A stretch of DNA of 54,488 bases, filler included, from Sluysia triapertura (Eukaryota), in assembly GCA_046118255.1 (NCBI GenBank). It is 4 parts of 4 records of this genome, joined end to end, with 100 filler letters (N's around TTAATTAATTAA, not from the genome) between each part and the next. Parts side by side here need not be neighbours in the genome. Positions count along the whole stretch, not along the records: positions 1 to 14,402 come from JBJNIA010260845.1; positions 14,503 to 29,821 come from JBJNIA010231565.1; 2 more parts are not named here. One strand, given 5' to 3'. Position numbers and translations under genes: made by a program. Positions 13,528 through 27,100 of this stretch are shown here, piece after piece (positions within the stretch are counted from its first letter, which is position 1; each line of letters starts with the position of its first letter). The notes below the pieces were generated by a model. It made no database searches. It was not told the origin of the DNA and was given only the letters and a program-made list of their open reading frames with translations.

Positions 13528-14402
13528 CTGTTGTAAAATAATTGTAAAATATAATATTCAAAATTAAATAACTGCATTCGATTTTATATAAGATAAAATT
13601 TGTTAACATTGCTTCATCATATATAATACGTTACTTAAAAATATAATATTTAAAAGCAGATTTAATAAAGTTAATAAAAAGATTAAGCAAGTATTATGCT
13701 GTTATAAAGTATAATATAATTATAAACTAAATTAAAAGTCTAAACAAATGACATATTTTGAAAAGATCTCAATAAAATGCAAAACATGAACCAATGAATA
13801 GGGTGCAGAAAGAATAGATGATAACTTTCGACATAATTAGCAAAAAAGAATTAAGGATTAAACGGAAGCACCGTAAGAACGGGAAAACATATGATGTTAA
13901 TTAAATAAAAATGAAAAAGTAATTACTGTCCAGGAAGTGCGACACCTCAACAAAATTATTATTATTACCATTATCATTATTTTAATGAATATAATTTAAG
14001 ATTACGGTGTTAATCGAAAAAATAAATATTAGGCGTGACGTCTCATAAAGAAAATATTATATTTCATTAGGGTACAATACTCGATTTTCCTACTACTCGA
14101 TTAATGAAACTACTTAGTAGTTAGTAGAAATTAATAAGCGTCTCTGCTTAAATTCTCTTGCATTAAACCAGTGGTCTTTTTGTGCTGCAATCCACTTTAC
14201 GAGTCCAAATTTTGTCGCGACCCCTGGATATTACATAAAAATAATAAATTAAATTTTTTTAACACCAAAAAATTAAAATAAATTTAATAATAACACATTA
14301 GAATATACTACTCTTGTTGAGACTGTTTATGTATTAAGAAAAATTTACTATTTTGTCGTCTAATAATAACAATAAAAGAAATGAATAATTGTATTAAAAA
14401 TT

Positions 14403-14502
14403 NNNNNNNNNNNNNNNNNNNNNNNNNNNNNNNNNNNNNNNNNNNNTTAATTAATTAANNNNNNNNNNNNNNNNNNNNNNNNNNNNNNNNNNNNNNNNNN
14501 NN
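14403..14502. other. Assembly gap with artificial TTAATTAATTAA linker
   Basis: 100-bp N run with a central six-frame stop linker; identical format at all three gaps. Confidence 0.97.
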
Positions 14503-17500
14503 AAAAAATCCAACGGTTGGCCATTAAGTTAGTAAGCCCAATACGTTGGTGAACTCACTATTTAAGTTTTATTCTTGCACTCCACTTATATACTCATTTC
14601 TAACATAATTATAAATAAAAGTAAAATTTTCCTTCACGATTCTTAATAAACTTAAACTTTTTTGGTGCACTGGACATATTTCATTGACTTATTTCGTTCT
14701 AAATATTAACTTGAACATGGCTATCACCGCTCTAGTAATACCAGTGGATCGCAAAGGGTTAAAATCGAAAAATAATAAATATATAAATGCATATTGTTAA
14801 TCAAAATATTACGAATTACTCATTACTTAATAGAATGGTCTAAATTACTGGTTTTATTAAGCTTGTCTACTAAAGTAATTTCTATCCACCAATTCGTTTA
14901 TCATAATTGAATAAAATAATAAATTTAACAATACGAAAAACATTATAAATATTTACAAATTAGAAAATTGTCTTTATTGTTTCTAAAAAATAATCTAACT
15001 TCGAATTTGAATCACACTAAATATTCCTGTTGAGTTATCATCTAAGTATAACAATTTATTTTCATTACTCTCAATTATACAATGATTAATTAGAAATATT
15101 AGACTACAACTGAAACAAATAAAATAAGACTAAATGTGCGCAGAGATAAAAATGATAAATTGAACAATTTTTATTATATTTTTTTAAATGAACAATTTTT
15201 ATTATATTTTTTTAAATAAACAATTTTCTAATTTTATTATATTTATTTAACCGGTAATACAGTCAAGCTAATGTTACACCTAATTGCTAATATAATACCG
15301 AAATAAATATATTTAGGCGAATACACATAAATGTTGTTTTTGATAACCAAAAATGTGTTGTTTTAATCAGTACATTAAGTCAGTTCATCAATAAATAAAA
15401 CAATAAACATATTTAAATATAAATTTTTTGTCCGCCATTAGTTTTAGTAATTATTTACTTATAATTGTAAGAAATAAAAAAATTAATTATTTATAAATGA
15501 ATAAAATTAACTATATTCAAATGAATACAAAATTTAGGATATATTTGTTTTCATTATAAAACATATGTATAATCATTTCGCAGCGATTAAAGATAATTTA
15601 TTTGAACGAAATGAATTGAAGCATTATTAATAATTAAATGGAGCATATTAAACTGATGCTATTTTAAATTCAATTCTGATAAAACTACGATCACATGATA
15701 AATAACATAATCTAGTATTCAAAAGAAGCCGTCTTTAAGCACAAACACTATGTATTTTAATTTTAAGTGCATTTTGATTATATTATTAGACAGTTATTGA
15801 TACAAAAGTATATATATGGCGTGATTTGAAATGAAGATTAATATGCGAAAAATTTGATTTCATAGTGCATATTAATTTGACGAGATCGCTTAATGGATTT
15901 TAATTATTTTTTCACCGAAAAAATTAATAGCTTAAAATTTGGAATTAAATAATCAATCCTAAAATTTTCAGAATTACTTTTGTTGCATTTTTATCAAAGT
16001 TCGTAACTTTATTCGATAAACCTAATAAATAAATTTAACTTAAATCAATTGTTATTGTAATATTATTTTTATGAACTATTACTTCTACTTTAATCAATAC
16101 AAAACTTAAAACAACTGTAAGAACCATATAAATATTTCAAGCAATTTAAATTAAAAATATTTCAAATCGATTTTAACTACTAGAAATATTGTTATAAATA
16201 ATTCAAATAAAACTACATAATATTGTATTGCACTCACTTTACCGATCTAAGACCCACAAATATTTACATTAAAACTTAAAAACAGTTAAAAAAACTCAAA
16301 AATCATTTTTATAATAAAGCAGAAATAAGAAACCAATAGACACGTGATGGACAAAAGCAGGAATCCATCGAACTTTATTAGAATTTATAAAATATTACGA
16401 ATCAAACATAGACATCAATAAAATAAAAATTCTACTAAAGAGTGAATACTAAGAGACAGAGGCAAATAGTAACCATCAAGGAGGATATAAATAACATATT
16501 TTGAACAATTTTACTGTAGTGCGTTTAGCAGTTTAACTCTATTTTTGATAGATTATAGCTTTAGTAAGTGCCGCGTTTAAAATTAAAAACCTAAATTAAA
16601 ATTAAACACCCTTTCAATAAAAATAAAATAAAAAATGAAGTAAAATTGAATAACACAAACTTTGTTAAATATTCCATCAATTTTCACAATTTTTATTCAT
16701 TTTTTGTTTAAGTATTGTTTATTATTGATATATTAAATTAATATTCTACATATTTTTACGCGAAAATTAGACTTAAAATCATATCGAATTAAGTACTTCA
16801 ATATCTGGCAATCAAGAGACGAGTCAAAAGTGCTCACGATAACCTATAATCCCGAATAATTTTTTAATAGTCATAAAGTTTAAAATGTCGAGACTAATCG
16901 GCTTTTTAAATTAAAATCAAGTGTATACAGATAATCAAACATTCAATTTTTTCAAAATAAATTTTAAATAAAATTTAAATAATTTTATACGAAAATTTAA
17001 AATGGAATTTAAATATTTGGATAGCTTGAAATTTTAAACTTATTACATAATTACAATCTGGTTGTCATTTTGGTTGATTCCGTGCGTGGAATTATGTTTC
17101 TGTTATCTTTAACAGTATTAAATGTGTGGCTGGTTACTCTATTAAATTTAGTCAATTTTATTTTTATTGTTATAGAAATTTAAATAACAGAAGGAAATTT
17201 AATGTATTTAAACATATGCAATAACACAATACGTTTATAGTTATCTCCTAAAGTCACATAGTAGAAGTCTTACCATATGCTTAACAATAATCAATGCTCT
17301 AAAACTTTCAAAATGTTTATAGAACCATAATTTTACTATATTTATAATTGTATTATCTTTAGAAGATTAACCCTACATATTGTTTAACGGTTTAATCATC
17401 ATACTCTACATTGGTAATGACAAATTGAGCGTTTTGAATGCAGAATCAGAATCTGAGAGTTATCTACTATTGTAGTAGCCGGAGAATCGTTTTTCGTTGA

Positions 17501-18499
17501 AGTTGGCTGTAGTGGCTAACACCCACAATTCTAAATTTTCTAAAAATCTCACAATTTTAAATGTCAACCATACTTAACATTATCAAATCACAACAACTAG
17601 TTCATAAAAAACATAACATCTAAATCAATCACATTCCATACTATCGAATTACATTAAGTGATTAATCATAAACAATATTTGACATTTATAATACGTCAAC
17701 AACATATACTTTTCAAACAATTCGCCTAATAGTCTCAATTTTTCACATCATACTATACTTTGATAATTAATACCGAATAATCCATAACATTCACTCAATA
17801 GTCATTCTCTCAAACCAAATTACAATCACAACACATAATATTTAAATCGCAAATGTATTAACACCATCTAACAACACTAACAAGTACCAGAAACATAGAA
17901 AACATTTGCGCTACAATCACGAATCAATTACACTAAATCAAACCCATCGCATCTACACATAACCATTATCAACATTCTACAACAACATTGTAAATACTCT
18001 AAGATTTGTTTTGTAATTGTCTTTTAAATTTAATAAACCATAACCTTTTAACAAGCCTTTTAAACCATTACATTCAATGTATAAATCGTTAGTTTTAATT
18101 ACAAAACTCAAATTAATCTCAAGAATTTATTTTAACATCCTTCATTTTACCTACAGCTTAAATAATCTCGTTTATCTTCAAAAAAATAAATTTAATGCAG
18201 CTTTAAAGAATTCATTTCCTTATGATGAAGCAACAACGATAACTGAAGCATAGTATACCACGACACCGTTGCTCCTTCACATAATATTAATAGTTTTTAT
18301 TTCTCATTTTAATTTAATATGTAAGAAATCAAGACGTAAAAAGAAAAGATCATGTTTTTAAGATTGTCAAGAAATTTTATGTAATTACTTTTATTTAATA
18401 ATAATATTAACAATATTATTATTATTATAAAACATTAAATCATTTTTACAAAATAAAATTTACAACAAACTCAATTAAATGACGATCAACCTGGTTGCT

Positions 18500-18562
18500 A
18501 CCATCACCAGTGTTGACACTATACGTCACATTTTTCATATAAGTGCCAACACTGATGATGGT
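18500..18562. repeat. Palindrome with 20-bp arms and a 23-nt spacer (left copy)
   Basis: ACCATCACCAGTGTTGACAC - 23 nt - GTGCCAACACTGATGATGGT. Confidence 0.9.
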
Positions 18563-18780
18563 CAATCATCAGTTTTATCGTTCTTGTTTTCTAATTGACA
18601 ATTTGTGTATACCACTCAATCAGAGCCAAAACTATTAAATATTCTTTCTAAGACTCTGATTGGGTAAACCAAAAAGCGAATGGTTGAAACTAAAAAATAT
18701 CATAATTAATGATCAACAGAAACTTTTATAAACTTTTTAAAAATTTTTAAATCTAATTAAATTGATCTGATTTTTATTTA

Positions 18781-19719
18781 ATGAATAACAAATCGTTGGC
18801 GAAGAAATTGATAAAGGATCCAATGTTACCAAAATCAAATGAGTTAGATGAAATTTGTCTATATCATAAGTAAAAAGCCGAACAAGTTTCAAAGGATTAC
18901 GTGATAGTATCTTTTTGTAATCGCAAAAAAGTTCAGAATCAAGCAGCTATCTTTTGTAATGTTTCCAAGAGTCATAACAGTTTTGATGAAGATTCACACA
19001 TTCCAGACGAAGATAATCTTTGCGTTGAAGCATTTTGGATGGGTGGTAAAGAAAAAAATGAAACTGAAAGTCGTAATAAAACACCAGCTATAAGTTTCTG
19101 TAAAGATGGTAAATCTGATAGATCAAGTCAAAAAGATGATACTAATTCAATTGCCGGCCAGAATCGACTAAAATTCACTCGTTTGATTATTATATCCAAA
19201 GTATTTTTTTCAAGTAATATAATTATGAGCGATTCTAAAATTCGTTTTCCTCGTTTTATTATAAACAAAAATTGGTACAAAAATATTTGTAGATTAAAAA
19301 CATGCTGCAAATCATTAGTGATTTATGTTCTAAACTGCGTCATCAATGAAATGAACCAGGAACAATTATTCGTGTCAAAGGATGTTCTTCTGATGATTCA
19401 TAATCTATTCATATCTAGAAGAAAAGCCAAATTAACTCTATTGCTTAGAAAGAATAAGTACATAATTAATAAAATAATTCTTCAATATCAACCAGAAGGA
19501 AAATCAAATATTCTATTAAATTTATCAGTTGGGAATTGTTTCATATGTTGTTCACGAGTGAGGAAGTATCCGTCGAAAACAGTTAATCGGAAATCGACTG
19601 AATCATTACTTTTAAGAATGGAAACCATTACTCCAAGATATTCAATCACGCTACGAGTTAATAAGATAGATCTATTCATATCAAGTCAAGAATTAGTCGT
19701 AACATTTCTTAAAAGTTGA
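18781..19719 (+). pseudogene. Unidentified cargo ORF (ATG at 18781, one in-frame TAA, continues into the 272-aa track ORF)
   Basis: MNNKSLAKKLIKDPMLPKSNELDEICLYHK*KAEQVSKDYVIVSFCNRK... The 5' third looks coding; the 3' part may only be the antisense shadow of the minus-strand frame. Confidence 0.35.
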
Positions 19720-20500
19720 TCTATTAATGTTACTATAAAATCGGAAATTGAATTATCTTTCATACAATAGATAAGGCGTATAATCACGTGATGAGTGTAG
19801 TGTTAATACTAACATTTATTTTATCATTTGAATTTAATTCAAGATAACGTAGATAATCAATATTAGTTGTTATAAAATTGTTATAAAAAAACGGAATCAA
19901 TAAATATGAAAAAACATGTACAAAACACTATCTTCTGTTGTAAGCTTAAAATTCTGTTTACGATAAAAAGTTGTTTGCATATCAATTAAAACACCAATAT
20001 TCTCTTTAACACGAACGTAGTCTTTCAGAAAATCAGTTCGAAGAATCATAGATTCATTAACATTAATCATTTCACCAAATGTGGTATAATATTTCAAATC
20101 TTTAGCTACATATCCTAAAAGTAAATGAGAATCGAAAAATATAATATGTTCAGCTAAAACTTTCGCTATCAACAAGTGAAATAGTTTTTTAGAAAATATT
20201 AACAATAACAATAATAAGCGCTTACTATGTACGTACTTTTGACGCATCGATTCTAAATTATAAATTTGAAACAAACTCTTTATACAATCTAAAACTGGAA
20301 TTTGATAACTTTAATTGTGTACGTGAATTGAATAATATAGTTCGATAATTTATTTGATTGGTACATAGAAATTATTAATTATTAAACCCAATAATTCGTC
20401 ATTTTTTTGTATTTTATGTTAGAGAAAACTTGATAAGGATATCCGATATTCGACAAGCATGATCGTATTCCGTTCGTAACGACTTTTTGATTTCATATTG
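19128..20500 (-). pseudogene. Unidentified, frameshifted cargo ORF inside the foldback element
   Basis: Joins track ORFs 19897-20274, 19488-19679 and 19128-19310; the last two are in the same frame, separated by TGA/TAA stops. YQIPVLDCIKSLFQ is weakly reminiscent of CMC/EnSpm transposases, but no catalytic motif was recognised. Confidence 0.4.
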
Positions 20501-20795
20501 CAGTTGACGTAACGATATCATTGTATTTAGAGTAAAAAATATTTATTTTTTAGCGTTACTTTTTTTCTTTTAATAATTCGTGAACTTTTAAAATTTTTAC
20601 CTAGTTAAAACAAAACAAAGTGTGCTGACCAATTTTTGTGTTAAAATTTATTTTTAAAAATTAATTCCTTTGCCAGATGACCGGTGATTGGTCATCCAAC
20701 CAGAATTGTTTGTCTGAGAAATAATGAACTCAATTCTGGTTGGATGGCCAGTAATATGTGTGCAAATTTAATAATTATCAATAGTGAGTGATTAG

Positions 20796-20856
20796 CCATC
20801 ATCAGTGTTGACATAAATCTGTTGACAGCAATGAACAATGTCAACACTGGTGATGG
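20796..20856. repeat. Palindrome with 19-bp arms and a 23-nt spacer (right copy)
   Basis: CCATCATCAGTGTTGACAT - 23 nt - ATGTCAACACTGGTGATGG. 18498-18518 and 20839-20859 form a perfect 21-bp inverted pair. Confidence 0.9.
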
Positions 20857-23800
20857 TAGAAACAATTTTTGTTACTTTATGGTGAATTAATTAAATTTTA
20901 TGTGAATAATAGTAATAAATGTAATGATAATTTGATAATAATAATAATAGTGTCATTATTATTATCAACACTAAAAGAAAAACGCATAAATCTCTTGTTT
21001 CTTAACAAACATTAACTTTCTGTTTCTTTCTTTCATTCTTAACATAATTTAAGTTAAAAATGGTTAAATTGAATCCTATAACAGTGACGACAAAAGAAAC
21101 AGTGTTAAAGTTATTATGGTTATTAAATTATATAAATTACTGAATTCTTTAAAACTGTACACGATCTTCCTTTAAATCTTTCAGATTTCTTGACATATTG
21201 CATTAAATTTAAATATATTTGAAACTAAAATTTCCGAATAGAGATTACTTTAAATGAATTTATATGTGTGATTAACGTTTCAAGGTATGATAGTAGTTTT
21301 ATGTCGTACAATGAAATGGAGAATGTTAGAATGAATTCTTAGATGGTGATTTAAGTTCTTGATTTAGAACGACATTTGAGTATTGGAAGATCGTGAATAA
21401 AAGACCTATTGAGAAGAGTGTGGTTTGGTAAATGTGAAAAGGTAAATTATAATACAACTCTTGGTATATTTGAAAGGTTAATGTGCAATGTTTTATGTGA
21501 TTTGTTTATTTGTTGTTTTTAAGTGATATTGTATTTTGTGTTGTTGGTGATTATGTAATGATAAATACTGAATTCAAGGTGCTGTAATTAATTCGAAGGT
21601 GCACAGTGGATAATTTCAAATGTGGTTATTATTTGACTGTTGTGAATGTAGAGTTATATTTTTTGATGGATTTGTTGATATAAATAGGTAGTATTGGATG
21701 TAAAATTGTGTGAATAAGATGATTTGTGAATATTAGAATATTAAAGGTTATTTTTATAAAATTTTAATAATATTAAGGGTTGACCACCAAAACTTCCCCT
21801 AGTACTAGGATGAGATGAAATATGAATTTCTGTAAGAAGATATTCAGAAATACAAAATTAAAATAATTAAATATTAAAATAAATATACACAAACTTTAAA
21901 AATAAACAATCAAAATGTCGTTAAACAAACAGTTTCAGAAGCATTACTTTATCTTGGGCTATGATAAATCTGGCACACATTGTTAAGTAGGTTCAAGATT
22001 GCACAATCTAATTTTTGATCCAAATATTATGTTTAATTTTGCATCGTTTCTTAAATAATGTGTCAGAAATGTTAGCATCACGAACAAGGCACAGTTTTAA
22101 GCAACAATGAACAAGAATAAGAGAAATTGTAACATTATTAAGTGCAAGTCTATGGTTATAAAAGGAAATCATAAAAGTTTTATATATACAATATTAAATA
22201 ATCATATCATTTATAAAAATAAATCAACAAGTTGGCACAATTACGAAATGCATGGCAAAATCAAAATCTAAAGTTTATTTTCTTATAGTACTATATATTT
22301 AAGATATTGGTAATTTTCGTACTTTAAGAAATGTAAAAAATGATGTAATTATTGTAGAAACTAATTTTGGTTCATTAAGTTAATATTTAATAATTTAATA
22401 TTTAATAATTTTGTGTGTAAATTACTACAAAGTGATAAATTTAAAAATAACTTTAATAAAATATATTGGTATAAAGGAAAATGTGGGTAGTAAGATTGAT
22501 CAGACAGACTACACAAAGATGATGTAATTGTTATTTATGACTGATAAACAGAAGGATTATAAAGAGAATAATTTAGTTTCTGAAATAGCTCACTTTTATA
22601 ACTCACACCCTATTTCGTCAACATCGGAAAATCTAAACTCAGTTTATTGCGATGACTGTAAGTTAAATGATCAGATGATGATGAATATGCACAAGATTAT
22701 TAATATGACATGAATATTATGATCATCATAAAGACATTTTATATAATCTAATATTATAAATGAAGATGAATCTAATGAATCAAAAATATTACTATGAATC
22801 TAAAGATAAAATTAAGTCAAATCTTCTGCAAAAAGAAATTAACTTATTGCATTATTTACTTCTAATGCGTTTAAGTTTATCTATCAATGAATCTGTATAA
22901 ATAGTATTTATTAAAACTGCATCTTTCGACATACTATCGGAACAATTAATTTTTGTCGCATTCATTCATTTGTTCATTTTATTTACTTGACAATAATAAA
23001 GTTAAATTAGGCGAAGTTAAATGTATTTTTCATTTTGATTATGTTTTTGATTTTTGATTATAAATTAAATGAAGAAGATTTAGATACCAAAAATGTATGT
23101 TTATAAATAATATGATTCCTTCGATTTTATTTTATCATGATCATTTTATATTATAATGTTTTATTAGAGTCTACTGTTTAGTTTTAAAATATCTTAATAA
23201 GTAGTTTATCCTATTTAAATTTTATAACTTTTTTTCTGTAAAATTAATCATTTGTTCAAGATGCTGTGGGTTTCTAACTCTTAACCTACGGCAAAATATT
23301 TTTTGAGCTGGGTAAGGTTACATCAAGCGACATATATCGTATAGTGGGTGTTCGTGTAACTTTGTAAGCTAATATATTATCTGAATATAAATACTCTGTA
23401 GTTGGGATCTTAACAAGTGCTCAAATAATGTAATTTTCTCACAATTTTAATAATTTACTCTAAAGCTTTTAATAATTAAGTAGAAACAAAAATATTAAAT
23501 TTATTACACAAAATACAAAAGTTGTCTAGCAATAACAAAACAAAAGATAATAAAAAACAGTATTTTAGCGATTAAAGTTCCAAGGGCTAATGACTATATT
23601 ATTTTGAGTACATATATCTCTCAACATATTGAGGACATAATCAAAATAACTGAAAATTTAAGTCAATTTTATAATTTCAACTTCGAAAGTTGAAATTGAT
23701 GCTACCATTATATAATTTACCAATGCATAGAATAAAATCGAATAATTGTTGTTCGGTGAATCTTACCCAAAAATACTTTAAAAGAATCAAAACTGTGGCA

Positions 23801-23863
23801 ATGCAAATTTGATGTAAAAATTGTAGCAAATTCAAAATGGAGGTTTACAAGTGGCGATTAACT

Positions 23864-24125
23864 AAACTGATGCTAGTTTATATTCTAGTCCTCATCCAAC
23901 AGGAATCGATAGAATGTTCTAAAACATTTTAGAAGCTTCTTTATTATTTGTAGAAGCTAATTTTCTTTTTACGAAATTGGTTTTATCGAAAAATATTTTC
24001 TTTTTTGGAAGATAAGATTTCTTTTTTCGAAAGATAATTGTTTTAATTATTTTAAAAATTTTTTAAATAATTTCAGTGTTATAATGACATTTTAAATGAT
24101 TTTATAAAATTGTGATGACACCTTT
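23864..24125 (+). repeat. Dispersed repeat, copy 1 (copy 2 at ~35534-35745)
   Basis: Shares AAACTGATGCTAGTTTATA..CTAGTC..TCA.CCA...AATCGAT.GAATG.TCT..AACATT.TAGAAGCTTCT with the copy at 35534. Confidence 0.8.
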
Positions 24126-27100
24126 AGAAACATTAATTCTTTTTGCCTCTATGTTATTAATTTTTTAAAAGGACAGATCCCTTCCTATTGAAATTATTTT
24201 AAAGGTAACGTTAAGATGAATTAGAATAAATTCCTGTCCTTTGCGATTAACCGATAGTAAGATTAAAATAAGCTTTAGCTATATTTATCTGTATCACAGT
24301 AGAAAAATACTAAGAAAAATGCCAGTTAGAATATGATTTTAAGATGACTCGTAAAATTAAAGTACCAATAAATTCTACCTCAAAGAAGCACCTAAAAGTT
24401 TATAAGATAATTTTTCAAGTTTTAGAAGTTAGATAAATGAGATTGCTTCTTGTTCAAGAAAATCCCAAAATTTAACATACAATTCTGTCACTTCGGCCAT
24501 GTTTTCTAGATATTCAATATTCTTTTATAATAACTGTTTTCCTTGTCTACGCATCCTTTTTTCTCATGTTTCCATCCAATAATTGTTCTTAGAAAAAAAG
24601 GTTCTTACCATTTTACTTTCATCTATTCACAATGTTAATATTGACAGTTAACTAATAAATCTTTGCACTAATTCCACATTTGAATCTTTAGATTATAATT
24701 TTAAACTGCTTCATTTTGTACTTTAAAACTTTCAATTTTCAAACACTCTTAATTTAATTTCATAAACGATTATTCATAATTGTACCAATATTATTACTAA
24801 AACTCACAAGTACAACATGAAATAAATTATCTGCAATTAATCAACCTAACTTTAACAGTAAAATTATCATAACTAATTATAAAAGTAATAATTTAATTTG
24901 ATAAAAAATATATATATTTTAATCAAAATATATTTTCCCAATATTATCATTTTTCATTCTCAGATTTAAATCTTGTAAGTAATTAATCTTAGTAATATTT
25001 ATATATTTTATAAGGATTAAATTCTAAATTAAATTTAGTTTGTTTAAAACTGTTTTGTTTTCTGTGATTTATAAGTATAATATATTTAAAATTATTACTA
25101 TTTTATTTTCTAATCAATATTTAATAATTTAACGATGAAAAGGTAGTCTAAATTAATTGCCAATAGGTAGAAGAATGATAGGATTCAAGTATTTTCGTTG
25201 ATCTATTGCGTTGAATCATCTCAAAGGGAACATTCAAATTAGTAATTGCTACTAAATTTGATAAAATCTTCGAAAAGGGCTAAATTCGGTATAAATTTTC
25301 TATATTTAATAATTCACAATATAGATTTAACTTTGGTTTATAATTTAAATTAATTGTTTTTTAAAATATTTTTTGCCTTATTGAATTAAGTTTTCATTTT
25401 TGCAAAAAATGATATTTAAATTACTTATATTTTAATTTGTTTGTATCGAATTTTAAAGTTTTTTATAATATTTTTATAACAAACAAAATAATAATGAATA
25501 ATAATATATTAAAATTAGGCTTCTACAACTACTATCATTTCTTATTATAATTATAAATGGCGTCGTAATTGCGATATCACGCCTACACTGAAAATGAAAT
25601 TATATAAATAGCAGGATAATGTCAAGAAAAAATTTGTGGAGAAAAACAAAATTCTGTCAAGCATTAAAACTGAAAGTTGATCTTATCAGAATAGTTTGAG
25701 TTAGTCAATTAGACGATTATTTTACAAGTATAATTTAGAGCTGAAAAGGAACTAAAAAACTGAAATTGTTTATCAAAAACAAAAGAGGACATCAACTTTT
25801 TGCGATTCTTCATATTTAATAAGTTTTTGTCTATTGTTAGGTTGCCATCACAATCCTCTTGTAAATACTGTACAAAACTATAAATTTGTAAAATTTGTAA
25901 GAGTTTTGAAATATACAATTAATTAGATCTGTAAATTAATAAATTAATACTGTAAATACTATAAAGTAATAAAATCAAATTTGTAAATTAAAAACTGAAA
26001 TTTTGAATTTTTGTAATATAAAATTAATTAAATCAGTAAATTTATAAAATTAAAAAACTGAAATTAGTAAAAATCAAATTTATTCTGTACTTTTGTGAAA
26101 ATAATAATTAGTCATTCAATAACTATTATTTACGTGAACTTATTATTCTATACAAATTTAGAAATATTAAACTATTATTGACACAGATTTATTCTATAAA
26201 TCTATTGTTTATCAAAAAACTATTAAAATATCTAAAAATCTGCGTAGTTTTATCTGTCATAAAATATATAAATATCTGAAAATAGAGGTAAAATAAACAT
26301 AAGATTAACAAGAGTTTTTTTAATTTTTAGTAATTGTTAGCAGAATTATATTTGTGGAAATTAAATTCTAGGAATTGTACGTCGCCTCTAATTTCATTCG
26401 GTATATTAAGACAATTTTCAAAAAAAAGGATTCTGTTAATCAAGATTTTACTTTAGTCAATTATTGGGGTATTTACTGACTGGAGATTTTTAATGATTAT
26501 GTATATAACAATAAGTAAGCTCATTCTTGTTTAGAATTTTAGCATAAATACTTTGCATTAAAATCTGACTCAACTTAATCTTCAATTTAAAATCCAAACA
26601 TTAGCCTGGATCAAAATCCGTATTAAAATCTATATTATAAATTTGTAATATTTTTACATTATACGTTATTATTATTATATTATTATTGTTATTTTTAAAT
26701 TGACTTTTTGAAAAGATAAATTATTGTAAAATTAAGGAAAGAAGGTTAACATTTTAGATAACATTTAAGAATTACAAAGTCATTTACAATTTTTAAATAA
26801 TTAAAGTTACATATTCTTTTGAGAGATAGTTTTAATTGTTAATCAACATAGAAGGTTCATCACAGATTGATTTGAATAAAGAGAATAGTGTTGCAAACGA
26901 TTAATTTTTCAAAAGTGGGAAATTAATTTATAAAGAGAAGTAAAGCTAATAGTTAATATATTGACCCGCGTTTCATCACTAGTCTTTCGCAGAATTGACA
27001 TTACCTGTGGATACGTCCTTTTCGTAAGATAAATCGTATTACGCAGGCGGACCCATATCGCATGAATATTATAATTGTTTTAAACTAGTAAAATTAGAAC

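Larger units (their letters stand above)
17508..21791. mobile_element. Foldback-like element with ~1.2-kb diverged inverted arms, TGT-type terminus and internal degenerate ORFs (Ginger-like ends)
   Basis: Left end TGTAGTGGCTAAC; right end GTTGACCACCAAA. The CA-rich left arm and GT-rich right arm share inverted anchors (e.g. 18196-18213 vs 21142-21159, about 285 bp from the inner palindromes on both sides). No TSD detected. Confidence 0.65.

Noticed and set aside
14447-14458. TTAATTAATTAA palindrome inside N runs (also at the other two gaps)
   Set aside because: Artificial scaffold linker, not biological.
15160-15250. Short direct-repeat arrays (also ~28870-29000, 40932-41030, 44540-44620) considered as CRISPR-like
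   Set aside because: Head-to-tail AT-rich duplications without unique spacers, in eukaryotic context; ordinary slippage repeats.
25586-26300. Possible CACTA/EnSpm-like end (CACTGAAAA followed by TGTAAA-rich repeats)
   Set aside because: No matching second terminus or TSD could be identified.
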